Shown one piece after another: positions 38,560-52,698 of a DNA stretch of 64,000 nt. The notes under the pieces are model-generated. The model was not told the origin of the DNA, made no database searches, and saw only the letters and a program-made list of their open reading frames with translations. The stretch's first letter is position 1, and the number at the start of each line of letters is the position of its first letter. Source of the DNA: Octopus vulgaris (lineage: Eukaryota); the NCBI GenBank assembly GCA_951406725.2, contig OX597819.1, positions 94,860,001 through 94,924,000 on the forward strand, written 5' to 3'. Made by a program: the position numbers and the translations under genes.

Positions 38560-39540
38560 ACTAGAAAACCATTAAGTAGTGTAGCTTAGTGAACAAAATC
38601 ACGAGATCAGCTTATTTATCGGTCTTTCAGAGCTCATATTGCACTGTTGTTCCAATATCTACTGTTAGGCGTCGTTGTCACTCGTGATTCCCGCGACTGT
38701 TTTGAATTCAGATTTGTTTACGTCTGTTTATCAGCTACTTTCTCATTCTCATTCATTTATGACTTTATCTTTTGTCCCCATGGCTCCTAAGAAAATTCAT
38801 AGTGAAAGTGCTCAGCATCATGCTATAATGCTGGAAGATAAACTAGCTATGATAAAATGCCATGAAAAAGGTGAAAGCCGCTGGACTGGCTCCTGTGCAG
38901 GTGGCACGTAAAAAGCACCATTTGGGCGTAGCCGTTGCCAGTACCACCAAACTGGCCTTTGTGCCGGTGGCATGTAAAAGCACCCACTACACTCTAGGAG
39001 TGGTTGGCATTAGGAAGGGCATCCAGCTGTAGAAACTCTGCCAGATCAGATTGGAGTCTGGTTTGCCAGACCTCAGTCAAATCGTCCAACCCATACAAGC
39101 ATGGAAAGCGGATGTTAAATGATGATGATGATGATGATGATGAATTGCACAATCTTTTGGGATGAGTTGGACAACTATATTGATGATTGTACATAATAAG
39201 GACAAGATTTTAGCATATATGAAATCTGAAGCCCCAGGGATGAAGAACACTGTCATCAATAAAAAAAAAAGGGCAAAATCTTTGAAGAAATGGAAAATCT
39301 TTCTCTTTGGATTGTTAGGTTGAATCGTCAGTATGCTACTATTAGTCAAGAAATCATTCAAGAGAAAGCATTGTCTTTGAGGACCTGAAGAAAAAATACC
39401 AAACGAGAAAGATGTAGAATCCAAGGCAAGTCAAGGATAGTTCATGAAATTTAAGGAACAAAGAAATTATCACTCTATTCAAAAGTAATGTGAGCATCTG
39501 TATGTGTACAGTAAACTCCACCAAATTGTATTTGTAAATT
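38560..39540 (+). mobile_element. Tigger/pogo-like transposon remnant interrupted by an RTE-type 3' repeat (38876-39142)
   Basis: MAPKK...IMLEDKLAMIKCHEKGE (HTH-psq-like), then ESKASQG*FMKFKEQR (CENP-B HTH-like ASxGWFxxFK). Boundaries approximate. Confidence 0.55.
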
Positions 39541-39786
39541 TAGCTTACTTTTTTTTTTACTGTACTGTATTAAAAAATAAAAATTATTTGTTTGTAAACA
39601 TAAAATAGGTTTTTATAAACTGTGCATTATTGAAAATGCATTCATAAATAAAGTACAGAACTGAGAATGATTATTATTGATTTAGCCTAGAGACAAGTAA
39701 ATTTGGCCTAGCCTAGCCTAGAGAAAGTTAATTCGACTTGAGTCATGTCTTCGGGAACCAATTAATGACAAAAGGTGAGCTATGTC

Positions 39787-39789
<3 letters not shown>

Positions 39790-39830
<41 letters not shown>

Positions 39831-39831
39831 C

Positions 39832-39868
<37 letters not shown>

Positions 39869-39917
39869 TAGATATACATATATATATATATATACACACA
39901 TATATAGATATACATAT

Positions 39918-39948
<31 letters not shown>

Positions 39949-40215
39949 CATATATATATATATACATACATATATATACACGCATATATACCTATATATG
40001 AACACATATATATGTATACATATACATATATATATATATATACACACACACACATATATATGTATACATACATATATATATATATACACACACACACATA
40101 TATATATATACATATATACACACTTATACATATGCACATATATATATACATATACATATATATACATACATACATATATACATATACATACCTACATATA
40201 TATATATATACATAC

Positions 40216-40246
<31 letters not shown>

Positions 40247-40978
40247 ACACATACTGATTGAATCTAATTTGCGTCACCATGTACTTCCTTGTGACAATGT
40301 AACCTTTAATCTAATCAAGATATTTTGGGCCTGAAGAGTAGCCAACAGTATACACCTCACTTGAATTTTACCATTTCTGAGGTTCCACTCGGTATGAAAC
40401 ATATGTAGCCTGGGTTTTACCCACTCCATTCCGTAACTCTTGTATTCTTTTATGCACACTTGGCAACACTGGTCACCTACTGTGGAATACATAAAGAACT
40501 TTTACCTACTCATCGTTAACATTCACTTTTCCATGTTTGCATGGTTTGGACAATGTTTAACAAGGCAAATCTTCTACAACTGGATGCCCTCCCCGTTGTC
40601 AACCCTTACTTATTTCCAAGCAAATTGAAAAAGGACCCCATGCCCAGACATGTTTTCACAGACTATCAGAAATCAATGATATTTATTTGCAACAATCATA
40701 TCATGTCAAAGCACGTTAACACAAACATACACACACATTTACATAACACACACACACATATACAAGTATGTGTGTATATATGCATATACATGTATAAATA
40801 TATGTTTATATCTGTAAATATATGTGTGTGTGTTTGTGTATATGTATGTGTATATATATGTATGCATGTGTGTGTGTACATATAGGTATGCCTTATAAAT
40901 GTGTGTGTATTTATACATACATACACATATACATACAGATACATATACATATGTGCATATATATGTATATGAGTGTGT

Positions 40979-41014
<36 letters not shown>

Positions 41015-41336
41015 ATATATATATATATATATATATACATACATGCATACATACATAGACACATTAAATGTGATAATAGCTGGTGAACAAGATATAAAGA
41101 TTAGTAGATTCATACAATACATAAGAAAGAAAAAAAAAAAGAATTATGTAATTCTTCATTTTTACTGTTTGTAAATATTCAAGATAGATATTTTGGTTTA
41201 AATTCAGAAAAAATATTATTTTCTTCTTGGATGACTGACTTTTGCTTCACAGTGGTTTAAAGTCAAAACAAGAAAAAAATGTTTTCCATATATATATATA
41301 TATATATACATACATATATATATATATATATACACT

Positions 41337-41398
<62 letters not shown>

Positions 41399-41447
41399 CA
41401 CACACATATATATATATATATACACACACATATATATATACATGCAT

Positions 41448-41515
<68 letters not shown>
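39790..41515. repeat. Compound (TA)n/(CA)n/(TG)n microsatellite fields
   Basis: Long mixed dinucleotide runs at 39790-40246, 40725-41060 and 41288-41515. These generate the YIYI ORFs. Confidence 0.95.
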
Positions 41516-41519
<4 letters not shown>

Positions 41520-42005
41520 ATGAATATCACAATGTTTTAATAGCAACTGTAGATGTGAAAAATAACAATAAAAACAGATATTAAAAACTCAAAGAAAAAC
41601 AAAATAAGAAATTTTCAAAAAGAAAACAAAATGATATTTTAGCTACTGGATGAGCAAATTCTCTGAATATAAATATTTCACATTGTGTTTTTCTAGCCAT
41701 AAGAGGCCAACATTTGTTAGGAGAAGGCAGGATTCACAATTAAGAGAAAGGGATCACACTTAACTGAACTAATCACTAGTATATTACAATTATTCTATTG
41801 ACCTCCAGGAAGGACAATCGCAAACATAAGAGGCTACAAACCAAATACTGAAAAATGCATCTGTTTTAGGACTATTGTTTTTGGCAATTTTGTTTTACTT
41901 TCTCTCTTTCTCTCCTCGATCTCAGAATCACTATCAAGTGTAAGAGATGTTTTCACTGTCATTCACTTTAGCCATCACACTGCTCAATGAAATGAACTCT
42001 AATAA

Positions 42006-42206
42006 CCCTTTAGTATTTAAACCAATTATATCCAGTTTTATGTTAAAACAAGCCAGAGCTGGCCTTTCACACCCACTCTACAATATCATTCTAATAATCT
42101 AAAAATAAAAAAATCACATCATCGAACTCTTGAGGATATGATTTAACTCGAAACAATGTGAATGAATAAGTATTACATTTGACAGAGTAACCTGAATACT
42201 AAAGGG
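42006..42206. mobile_element. piggyBac-type MITE, second copy
   Basis: CCCTTTAGTATT ... AATACTAAAGGG|TTAA. Internal similarity to the reverse complement of 15344-15548. Confidence 0.7.
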
Positions 42207-43609
42207 TTAAATTAATCCATGTCTTTCTCTTTCTTTTTTGGAAGCTACTGAGCATTGGCACTTATGATCAGTCAAGCCACATTTTTGACTGATGCACTAT
42301 TTGTCAAGAAATTGCTAACATGACTATCAACACAAGTAGTAATATCCCCCAAATCTTATCCTTGTAGTGTAATGTGAGCTAATACTGGCAATTAACTCTA
42401 TAGTTATGTGTCATTTGGCAGCTCTGAATTACTGAAGAGACTGGCAAGACTACCGCATGCAGATGACATGTAACCATTGTCACCTTAAGGTTTGGAAGTT
42501 GAAAAAAACAAAGGAAACCATTTAAAATGGATTCAATATGCCATACATTTAATGAATGCTGTAGATTCTGGAGAACAAATGAAGTTGACTAGATGTTAGA
42601 TATTTAATGAGTGCCAATGATTCTGTGGAACAGACAAAATCAATGGGATATCAAATATTTAATGAGCATTGTAGATTTTGTAGAAGTGAACAAGGTAAAT
42701 ATATATGAGATATTTAATGACTTTAAATGACTCTAAGCAATAGATGACGGACTGTAATTGGTTCTGTGCAACAAATGTAGTTAACAACTACAATTGATTT
42801 TGGCCAGCAGTTTTGATAAGAGATAATTAATGAATTGTTTTGCAGGTTATGCATGATTGCAGATAATCACATGCAATAAATGCAATACAGATGACAGACA
42901 GATCATGGTTGTAGGTGACTGATCATGTATAACAGATGTAATATAGATAATAGAGTTAATATTTGCAAGTAATTCTGTACAGTAGATGCAAAACAGATGA
43001 CAGACTGTTCAATGACTATAGAACTGCAATACAAATGGCAGAGTGTCCATGACAGCATGCAATTCTGTACAACTGATGCCATACAAATAACAGACTATCC
43101 ATGACTGCAAGCAACTATGCACAACACATGAAGTACTGATGGCAGACTGTCCATGACTGTAAGCAATTTTGTGCAACAGTTGTAATGGCAGACTGCTCTT
43201 GACTCCAGACAATTTTGTAAAAACAGATGCAACACAATCACTTGTCTTTTGAGCGCTTTATGTTATAGCTACAGATTGTCCATCATATATGTTTCCATGA
43301 GGATTGTTAGTAAAATATACTAATAAAGTAAAAAATAAAAAGTGAATAAAGAAGAAAGAAAAATATATGAGGATTATATATGTATGTGTGTGTATATGTT
43401 TAAAATAGTTGGTTTTGAAAATTGAACAATGAAGAAAAATGAGAGTGGAAATTGGTGTGGAGATAAATTGAAGAACATGCGAGGTACTCGTTGTTAATAA
43501 TAGTTAAATATTTCTTTGTAATACAGTATAGATCAGTCAATCAAACAAAACCCAAATAAAAAAATCAGAGGTGGGGTAACATTATTATCCAATAAAACAC
43601 TTGACTGAT

Positions 43610-43668
<59 letters not shown>

Positions 43669-44690
43669 TATATGTATACACATTTTAATTCTAATTTAAT
43701 TTAAATGTTAGTCTTAAACAAAAATCCTTGTGTATAGGCATATATGTTTATATACATACATGTAATGGATTTATAAAGACACATACATACACACATATAT
43801 ATATATAAAGATATGTGTTGTGGGTACAGAGACATGTATGCTGGTTTCTAAACGCATACACATCCCTTCATATGTATAAACTTACGTAAATATATATACA
43901 CTCATGTACTACACATTCTTATGCATAAAGCCATGCATATAGATATACAGATATTCATACCCAACACACACATTTAGAAATTTACATTCTACAGAAATGT
44001 GTATAAATTTGTAAACACACACAAAAAAATATATTATATATTATATATTTGTGTTGCAGCAGATGAGAACATGGCTGACTTAACAGCATCACTTGGTGAG
44101 TGAAATGAGATGATGTTTGAGAAAATTATCCAGGTTGGTTCAAATAGCATCCTGTGGAGAAGGGATACAAATATCTCAATGAAGTTTCAAATGTAGTCCA
44201 CATATGTAAATTGGTTGATTTGAAAAATATAGGCAGGAGTGATGCACAATAGAGCTGGACCAGTCAAAGCAAATTCTTAAATATACATACATACATACAT
44301 ACATACATATGTATATACACATACATATATACATACATATATATGTATATATACATACATACACACATATATATATATACATACATACATACATACATAC
44401 ATACATACATACATACATACATGCACACACTTTAAGTTAAATATACATATACATCTGCAAACATATACATACAGAGAAAATAAAGGAAAGAAAGTGTAAG
44501 AAAGAGAAAGAGATAGTAAGGAATCTGAGAGATGAATATGTCAATATACATATGACTATACTGATTTCTAGCTTGGCCACAAGGCTTTATACATGTGGCT
44601 ATATTAATTCCAATGCACAACAGTATACATATACATGCATCTGAACATATTCATACAGATATACACACTCGTACAGCAGCAGCACACACT

Positions 44691-44721
<31 letters not shown>

Positions 44722-45293
44722 TTGTATACATACAATAGTGCATATACACAAACAACTGTATGTAAGGATAAGCTCAACATAGATTGTACATAATATAGCA
44801 TGAAACACATACATACATGCCTTTTGAAATTGCTCACAAAAGCTTTTAGATACAAAGAGAAAAAAAGCTGAAAAAAAAAAAAAAGGATCAGATGTTGAAA
44901 AAAAGTGAATTTTAGATGAAACTGAATAAGTTTATTAAAACAATAAAACATAAGGAGGGTTTGAATGAAGAGAAGATGAAGAAAGATAACAATATAAGAG
45001 AAATGAGATGAGAACCAGGCAAAATGTGTTTCTAATGGTGACAGTGTATACATTAGCACCATTTTTGTGTATTTTTTTCCATCATTTTTATTTTTGTCTA
45101 TATTTATGTGTATATATGAATGTGTGCAACACATGTCTATGTTTCAATGTTGTATGTGAACATAATTATATACAAACACATATATATATATATACATATG
45201 TATATATGAATACACATACACACACATATATACATACATATGTGTGTGTGTGCATAAATGCACATACATGCAATTAAGTATGCATGAATGTGA

Positions 45294-45334
<41 letters not shown>

Positions 45335-47021
45335 ATTATGAACATATATAGTAATATATATATATGTATTTATAATTACGTTTGTAAATAAGCAAATGTA
45401 TAATTATAAACAATGCATATACATATGTATTGTATCAACATACACAAAAACACATAGTGTTATCATCATAATCATCATCATCAACAACAATGATATAACT
45501 GTAACAACAGTTTTTGTCTATACTACTTTGGCTTGGACACAAACACACACACGCACACACACAGCCATAAAACAGACAGGTAAATAAGTTACGAGGTAAT
45601 GTACAGAATGTTGTATGCAAAAAATTTCTTTGACTGATATTTGCCACTTAATGGCAATTGTTAGTGACTATCAAAGAAGGGTTGAGGGAGGTGGTGGTGG
45701 ATAGTTTAAAAAAAAAAAAATTAAAAATTAATCTCTCAAAGTTAGGACAGATATTTTACATATTCTCTTCACTAGGCAGTATCCATGGTCAAGACACTTT
45801 ACTGTAAAATAATCCAATACACTAAGTCACAAATAAGTACCACACACTAGGAACAACTTACCAGTATAAGCATCAGCACTGTTAATAATTTGTTAATAGA
45901 CAAAATGTGAGGGTGCATGGCCGAGTGATTAGGGTGTTGCACTCATGATTGCAAGTTAATGGTTTCAATTCCCAGACTGAGCGGTGCATTTTTGTTCTTG
46001 AGCAAAACACTTCACTTCACATTGCTCTGCAATCACTTCAACATCTAATGTGTAACACACCATGCACTTGTACAGGCAATGTTGATTTGATGGAGGGAGT
46101 GAGCTCTTGTACAGCACAAACATTTGATCGCTATCAACAAATCCTTTCTGTGCAGCTTGGTCAGCAAGAAATTTTCAGAGTGGTCTTTCTCAGACTCAAA
46201 AGAACAGAAAAACGCCTTGTTAGCTTGTAGTGCTGAGTTCTCATCCTTCTATGGGTCTTTAAGAATTGCTCTAAGACTCAACCTCAGAATCAGAGTTTAA
46301 GAATTGTCTCAATTTGTCTTACTATTGGACCAACACACTGGTTTTCGTTGGTATGTGATTATCAGTGTGTATAATGTAATAGTTTCTTAAACTTATGATC
46401 AAGCACACATATCCACCATTATGGATTCCATAGCAATAACATTTGTTTATATATATATATATGAATGCAGACATAGCCATGTGGCTAAGAAGTTTGCTTT
46501 GCAATCATTAGGCCATAGGTGCAATCTCTATGTATGATATCGTGCGTGTGTTTTTATCATCTTGTAAGTGAAACTGGGGAGATAAAAACTGTCAAATTGG
46601 ACTCTATAAGTAATTCAAAGGTTCAGCATTGTTATTGATTCTATCTGAGGATTATATTAAGGGTTCAGGTGTCTAGGAATACTCAGCCAATTACAATTCA
46701 ATGAATAAGCAGTGCAGGTAAATGAACAATTAGAGTACTAATCACTGAAAATATACATTCACACACACATGTATATTCATATACGCATACATATATACAT
46801 ATACACATATATGTATTCATACATATATGTATGTATACATATACATACACGTATATAGATGCACATACATATTCATATACATACACATACATGTACCACA
46901 CACATACATATGTATACACCATGTGATACTCCATCATATTATTTTCTTCATATGTTGTATTTTCTGTATTGTTTACTCATTTTCTGTTGATTAAGATGCT
47001 GCTACATTGATGATGATGATA

Positions 47022-47067
<46 letters not shown>

Positions 47068-47556
47068 CAGCGACGACAATGATGCTGATGATAATGATGA
47101 AGATGTCCATTGATAGTTATAGTGATGGTAGTAGTAATAATAGTGTTGGTGGAGGTGTTAATGCTGACAGCACTGTTATTGTCTTTACATTTATTTTTAT
47201 GCATTTTTTTCATTTTTTAAAAATCTTATGAACATTTTACTCACAGCCAAATATTGCTTCCCCCAATCAAGGTTCACCTACAAGGATTAAAAGAAAAAAA
47301 TTTTTTTAAAAAATGAAACGCACCACTTTACGGTCGTTCCATTATTTACAGGACAAGGAATACTGGTTTAATGGGGAATAGAGGGGGATTAGATGCAAGT
47401 CGGCTAATTGAAATCCCTAACTGCATTCTCTCACCTCAGGCACAACTGCCCCTCACTCAACCGACATTAGTGTTAGATAGAGTTAACCAAGAACAGTGAG
47501 AATGTCGGCTTTACATTCTGCAAAATTGTAGAAAATGCATTCGTCGCTGTTTTGTG

Positions 47557-47723
47557 CTATGACTGAAGATTGTTGTTGTTGTTGTTACTGCTGCTGTTGT
47601 TACTGTTGTTAGCGTTATTTCTGTTGCTGTTGTTACTGTTGGTATTGTTGTTGTTACTGTTGGTGTTGCAGCTATTGTTGTTGTTACTGTTTCCTCGAAG
47701 AAAGGATTCAAGAAGTGACATCA
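47557..47723 (-). CDS. Last coding exon of the Q-rich (NFAT5-like?) gene; Asn-rich C-terminus
   Basis: Acceptor ttttctcattctccttctag, phase 1. Translates (V)MSLLESFLRGNSNNNNSCNTNSNNNNTNSNNSNRNNANNSNNSSSNNNNNNLQS*, in frame with the upstream exon. Stop TAG at 47559-47557. Confidence 0.72.
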
Positions 47724-47864
47724 CTAGAAGGAGAATGAGAAAAAAAACAAAACAATGTCAGGAAAATATGTAAATAACTCATCTGCTGTTATTTATTGAA
47801 GACAAATGCTAGTTATTGTTGTTGATATTATGTAATTCCATATTTTTTTTACTGGGCTGACCAA

Positions 47865-48460
47865 AGTTTTGAGTGGACTTGGTAGATGGAAACTGAAAGA
47901 AGTCCTTTGAATATATATTGGACACTAAACTCTGCTTGCGAAGACCTGTTGGAGCAAGTGAAATCAGAATCGAAATTGAACCAATCCTATGACTGGCACC
48001 TGGCAGTGGCCAGTGCCGCTGGACTGACTCCTGTGCAAGTGGCAAGTAAAGAAACACCGTTTCGACCCTGTGCTTGAGGAGACCTATTGAGTCAAGTACA
48101 TCAACATCAAAAATCTATGGAAATTGTAGTTGTGATCCCTGTACCGGTGGCATGTAAAAAGCACCATCCAAACGGGGCCGATGCCAGCGCCGCCTTGACT
48201 GGCTTCCGTGCTGTTGGCACATAAAAAGCACCAACCAATTATGGCCATTGCCAGCCTTGCCTGGCACCTGTGCCAATGGCATGTAAAAAGCACCCACTAC
48301 ACTCATGGAGTAGTTGGCGTTGGGAAGGGCATCCAGCTGTAGAAACACTGCCAGATCGGACTGGAGCCTGGTGCAGCCTTCTGGCTTCCCAGACCCCGGT
48401 CGAACCGTCCAACCCATGCTAGCATGGAAAACAGACGTTAAACGATGATGATGATGATGA
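47865..48460 (+). mobile_element. Intronic SINE/RTE-3'-type repeat with (GAT)n tail
   Basis: High similarity to 19900-20460 and to the reverse complement of 18152-18460. Confidence 0.75.
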
Positions 48461-49247
48461 CACACACATACACAAATATAGCTAACATAAATTTTAATAT
48501 CTGTTTTGACATGCCTGAGTGAGCAAGAAGTGGGTCTTCTCCCACACACCATACCACCAGTCAATGTGGTCTTTGTCATTTCCTTTGTGAGTTATAACAG
48601 TTTTGATCTGTCTTCATTACTTTGTCCAAAATCTTCCTCAGTCACCCTCTACCAACAAGTTTCATTTACTTCAAGCTCACATAACACTCTGATCTTAGCC
48701 AAAAGGCTGAGAACTGATCCATTTATCCTATTTATTTGAGTATAATACACACCTATTTATTTGAGTATAATATGCACAACTAATTATGGGCTAAAAGGTC
48801 CCAAAAGTAAAAATATCTTATGTGTATATTATACACTGATTTTTCTTTAGTATAATAATAATAGTAACGAAATTATTGTGTATAGTGCTCAGGTGCACTA
48901 CAACTGCTCAGGTGAATAAAAAAAATGTTTAGTCAAGGTAATTATAACTGCTGTTGAAAATATATTGAAAATCTTCCTGCATCCTAAAATAAATTTCAAA
49001 AAAGCTGTAATGTGGTGATGACATAGATTATTGAAAATTGCTTTGGTCAAAGATGCCAACAACATAATAGTGGTTACAATAATAATTACCAAACTTCAGG
49101 CCAACTGTTTAAGACTCTGTGAGGTTTGTCACTGAAAGATTTGTTTTTGATTACCTTGAATTCAGTGACAGCTTTGGAAATATGTTGACATTACTGAAGA
49201 TAAAGAAGAGCTAAGAGATTAAATATCCAGGAAAAAATTATAGTTAC

Positions 49248-49424
49248 CATCACCGTCTTGTTGAGAGACAGCACTAACGTTATTGGCTGATAATGATGGG
49301 ATGATGAAAATACTTGGTGCTGGTTGCTGAGAACTTCCTCCTAAACTGAAGACATTATTTCGCCCAGAAACAGGGCGTGGATTACCAACAATGATGATTT
49401 GTGGTCCAGATGTACCAGTCAAAG
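49248..49424 (-). CDS. Internal coding exon (177 nt, phase 1-1) of the Q-rich gene
   Basis: Acceptor ttttttccatttctag, donor G|GTAACT. Encodes LTGTSGPQIIIVGNPRPVSGRNNVFSLGGSSQQPAPSIFIIPSLSANNVSAVSQQDGD. Confidence 0.8.
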
Positions 49425-52298
49425 CTAGAAATGGAAAAAAAACATTTATTTGAATAAAGACACAAGATGAACTACAAATTAAGGCACAAAAAATCATAGC
49501 AATTGTAAAATTACAAAGAAAGCTGACAGAACATTTATGACATGGAGATAACATATGACACAATAGTTATGAGATTAAGATACTGGACGTTTGACCACAT
49601 GGTCATAAACTCAAATCTTGCTTCTGTCACTGTTTTTATGCCAATAAGCAAGTCTGGTTCACTGGGTAAAGTACAAACACAAAGTTCTACCTCAGGTTTG
49701 TATGGTAAGTGATGGCAGTGGTGGATCTCTGTCATTCAATGATAAAGATTCAGTTTCATAGTTAACTAAAACTACGTGCTCCTGAATTGACATCTAAAAT
49801 GGCTGAACATTTTAAAGACATGTTCATCCTTAATGTAATTCTCAAGCAGAATCAGTGTGACACAGCACATGACAAGGAGTACCTTTTGAATTGGAGGTAC
49901 TCTTTGTCCAATGAGCTTCTATACAGTTTCCATCTACATAATTTCACTTACAATGTACGGGTTGACTTGAGGCTACAGAAAATCACATTTGCTCAAGATG
50001 GCATGCAGTGGGATCAAACCTAGGAGCTTCTGGATCTTGAAGTGAATTTCTGAACCATTATTAATAGTCAGAAGGAAATAAATCTTTAACATCAATTGAT
50101 TTAAGTAATTAAAACATTCTTATCATCATAATCATCCCCATAATTTTAATCCCCTACTGACATGGATGAAGTAGCTCTACAACACAATGTTTCAGTCATG
50201 AAATGATTGAAAAAAATATTTTTATTTCCTTCTATGACATTATTTCTATAAAGAATTTGAAAAGAAAGGGGGAGAATTATTTAATTTTAAAAAATGAAAA
50301 AAGAAAAGAAAAAGCACTTAAGCTAGTATTTGCAATATGATTTAACAAAATAATCTCATTAACATTTATTTAATTATATTTTAGATGAGATTTTAATTTG
50401 TGAATAATTTGCTGTCAGCAGCTTGGGAAAAGTGGGTAACACAGGACAGAAGTTGGTCTTGGGCAAATTGGGTTGATAAGGGTTAAACACAGGACGGAAG
50501 TTGGTCTTAGGCAAATTGGGTTGATAAGGGTTAAACACATGATGCAATGATATCCACAACCAGGTGAAAATTTTGTTCAGCTATGAAAGATCTAATAAGA
50601 ACAAATATGATGATGATTCCACTATTATATCTTAATGGCCAAAGTAAGTTTATCCCAAGAAAGGCACGACGGTATTGATGATAAATTCTCAGCCTCTAAT
50701 TCATTTGCATCAGTATTTACACTATCACAAATAAATGGCATGAACATTTTGAGTAACTTATGTATCAGTGGTTGCAGGCCTATTTAAAGCATAATTACAC
50801 ATCAGTTTATTAACAAGCTACTTAGATTTCGCACATGTTCCTTTATATCACTCTCACTGCTATACTTTGATAATGTAAAAGTTCCAGTTAGAAGGAGGTA
50901 TAAAGAGTGTAACTGCTCTTTATACCTCTTTCTACTCATTTAAATTACATTATCAATAGTTCAAATAATGCAGATTATTTTCAACTTTCTGCAGTAAATG
51001 AAAATATCAGAGTCCAAAGAATCAGGTGGTGGTCTGTATCAGCAAAAATGATTACATTACATGAGTTTGAGTAAGTTTGTATGCCACAGGAAAAAGAAGA
51101 TACTAAGTTAATGGAATTCTTAAAATGTTGCACTGCTTTTGAACTTGTTCTAACTCACAAACTTTCTGCAGCAAACCTTTGTTCAGACTGTTGTATGAAA
51201 TAAAATACATTACAACAATTCTCCTGTCTTATAGTCTAATGGGGTTGTAGGTGCAGTTCTGAAAACTTCACATTCATGAGGTTGTCTTAAGGACAAGTCA
51301 GCTTGCTGTAACCCATCCATCATGAAGATAAGCAAGAATTGAACCTAACACAGGGCAACTACTGAAAAATATTTAGAGTGAGAAATTGACAGGGATTGAT
51401 CGTACAGAAATTCTAGTTGAAATCCAAGTGCATTAACCACTAAATATATAAACTCAACAGTTAGATAAGCCATTTCATAAAAACATTTTGAAAAAATGTT
51501 TTTAAATTTCATTGTTGGTGTCTACACCTGGCAGGAGTTGCTAAGAATCTTTTTAATGATTTTTACCCTTTCCTAGTGGATATGCAACTGCTCTATGATT
51601 AAGAAAGAATATGCTAGAATGAAAATTCAGTTATTTTGATTGTTGAATTTAGGTTAGTGGCCTTAGTATGGTGATAAATACACAAAAGTGTTAACCATCA
51701 CACATGTTCAACTCCCAATGATTATTGATGTTTAATTTCGCTTTGTATAAACTTCTTACTTAGACTAAAATACAAACATCTGTCCTAAATTGACGAGTCC
51801 TAGAAAAATGATGTTCAATAGTTGAATTTAAATAACCAAACTACCAGCAACCTTGTAGTGCTGTTTTACCTCTCAATCATAATTTGCTCTTGCTATATAA
51901 TACCTGCTTACAACTAGGCAAACTCAGAGACTGTGTTTTGAGACATGACACAGAACCATTGACAAGATACAAACTACTGACCCTTTGGTTGGTAGTTAGT
52001 CTAATATCAGATCAAATTAAGAATCCAATGGAGGAGTCTCTATATTATTGTTCAAATTTCTATAAAATAGTGGCCCAATCTTCAAACCATGCCTTTGATT
52101 CTTTAAAAAAAAAACAGGATGTACTGATGTGATCCTAGAATGCAAAAGAATATGTGATGGCCATAGGTTGGAGTGCTTTTGATCATAATTTTGTTTGATC
52201 AGAGTTGACTTGTGGCTAAAGAACAGTAATTTTTTCTTTTTTTTTATTAAATATCTGCAGTTAAGTAATAAAATAATGATAAGAAGTTTGTTACTCAC

Positions 52299-52663
52299 AA
52301 GATGACAACTGTGTCAATGGTGCTGATTCTGTCTGTAGCGGATTTGTGTGAGAGTCTGATGATGGCTGAAAATATGACTGTAATAATGTCTGCGCATTTG
52401 GTGAACACTGGACAGATGGGGGTGCATTGAGTTGCGGATTGTCAAGTTTTGAAATTGAATTTGGCAAAGACAGTTTTAAGGGAGTGTGAAATTGGTCTGG
52501 AGGCGACACCTGAATTGGTAACAAGTCAGACACATTGCTCACATGATGAAGAGGTGGGTTGGACTGTTGAGCAGGATTAAACTGAATATGACTATTAGGC
52601 TGACTTAATGGTGAACTATTGTGGAGTGTTTGTTGCGGTTGTGGTTGCTGCTGTTGTGGTTGT

Positions 52664-52698
<35 letters not shown>

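Noticed and set aside
39718-41584. Many [12 protein letters not shown] ORFs (also at 24.4, 36.6, 38.1, 44-47 and 62.3 kb)
   Set aside because: Translations of dinucleotide microsatellites.
44030-44151. Possible extra exon after acceptor-like cccttctccacag (minus strand)
   Set aside because: It lies beyond the inferred stop, and phase 1 gives only GCYLNQPG*. An alternative last exon cannot be excluded but has no support.
47511-47711. Thr-rich ORF MNPFFEETVTTT as the terminal exon frame
   Set aside because: The phase-1 junction from the 49248 donor selects the Asn-rich frame instead.
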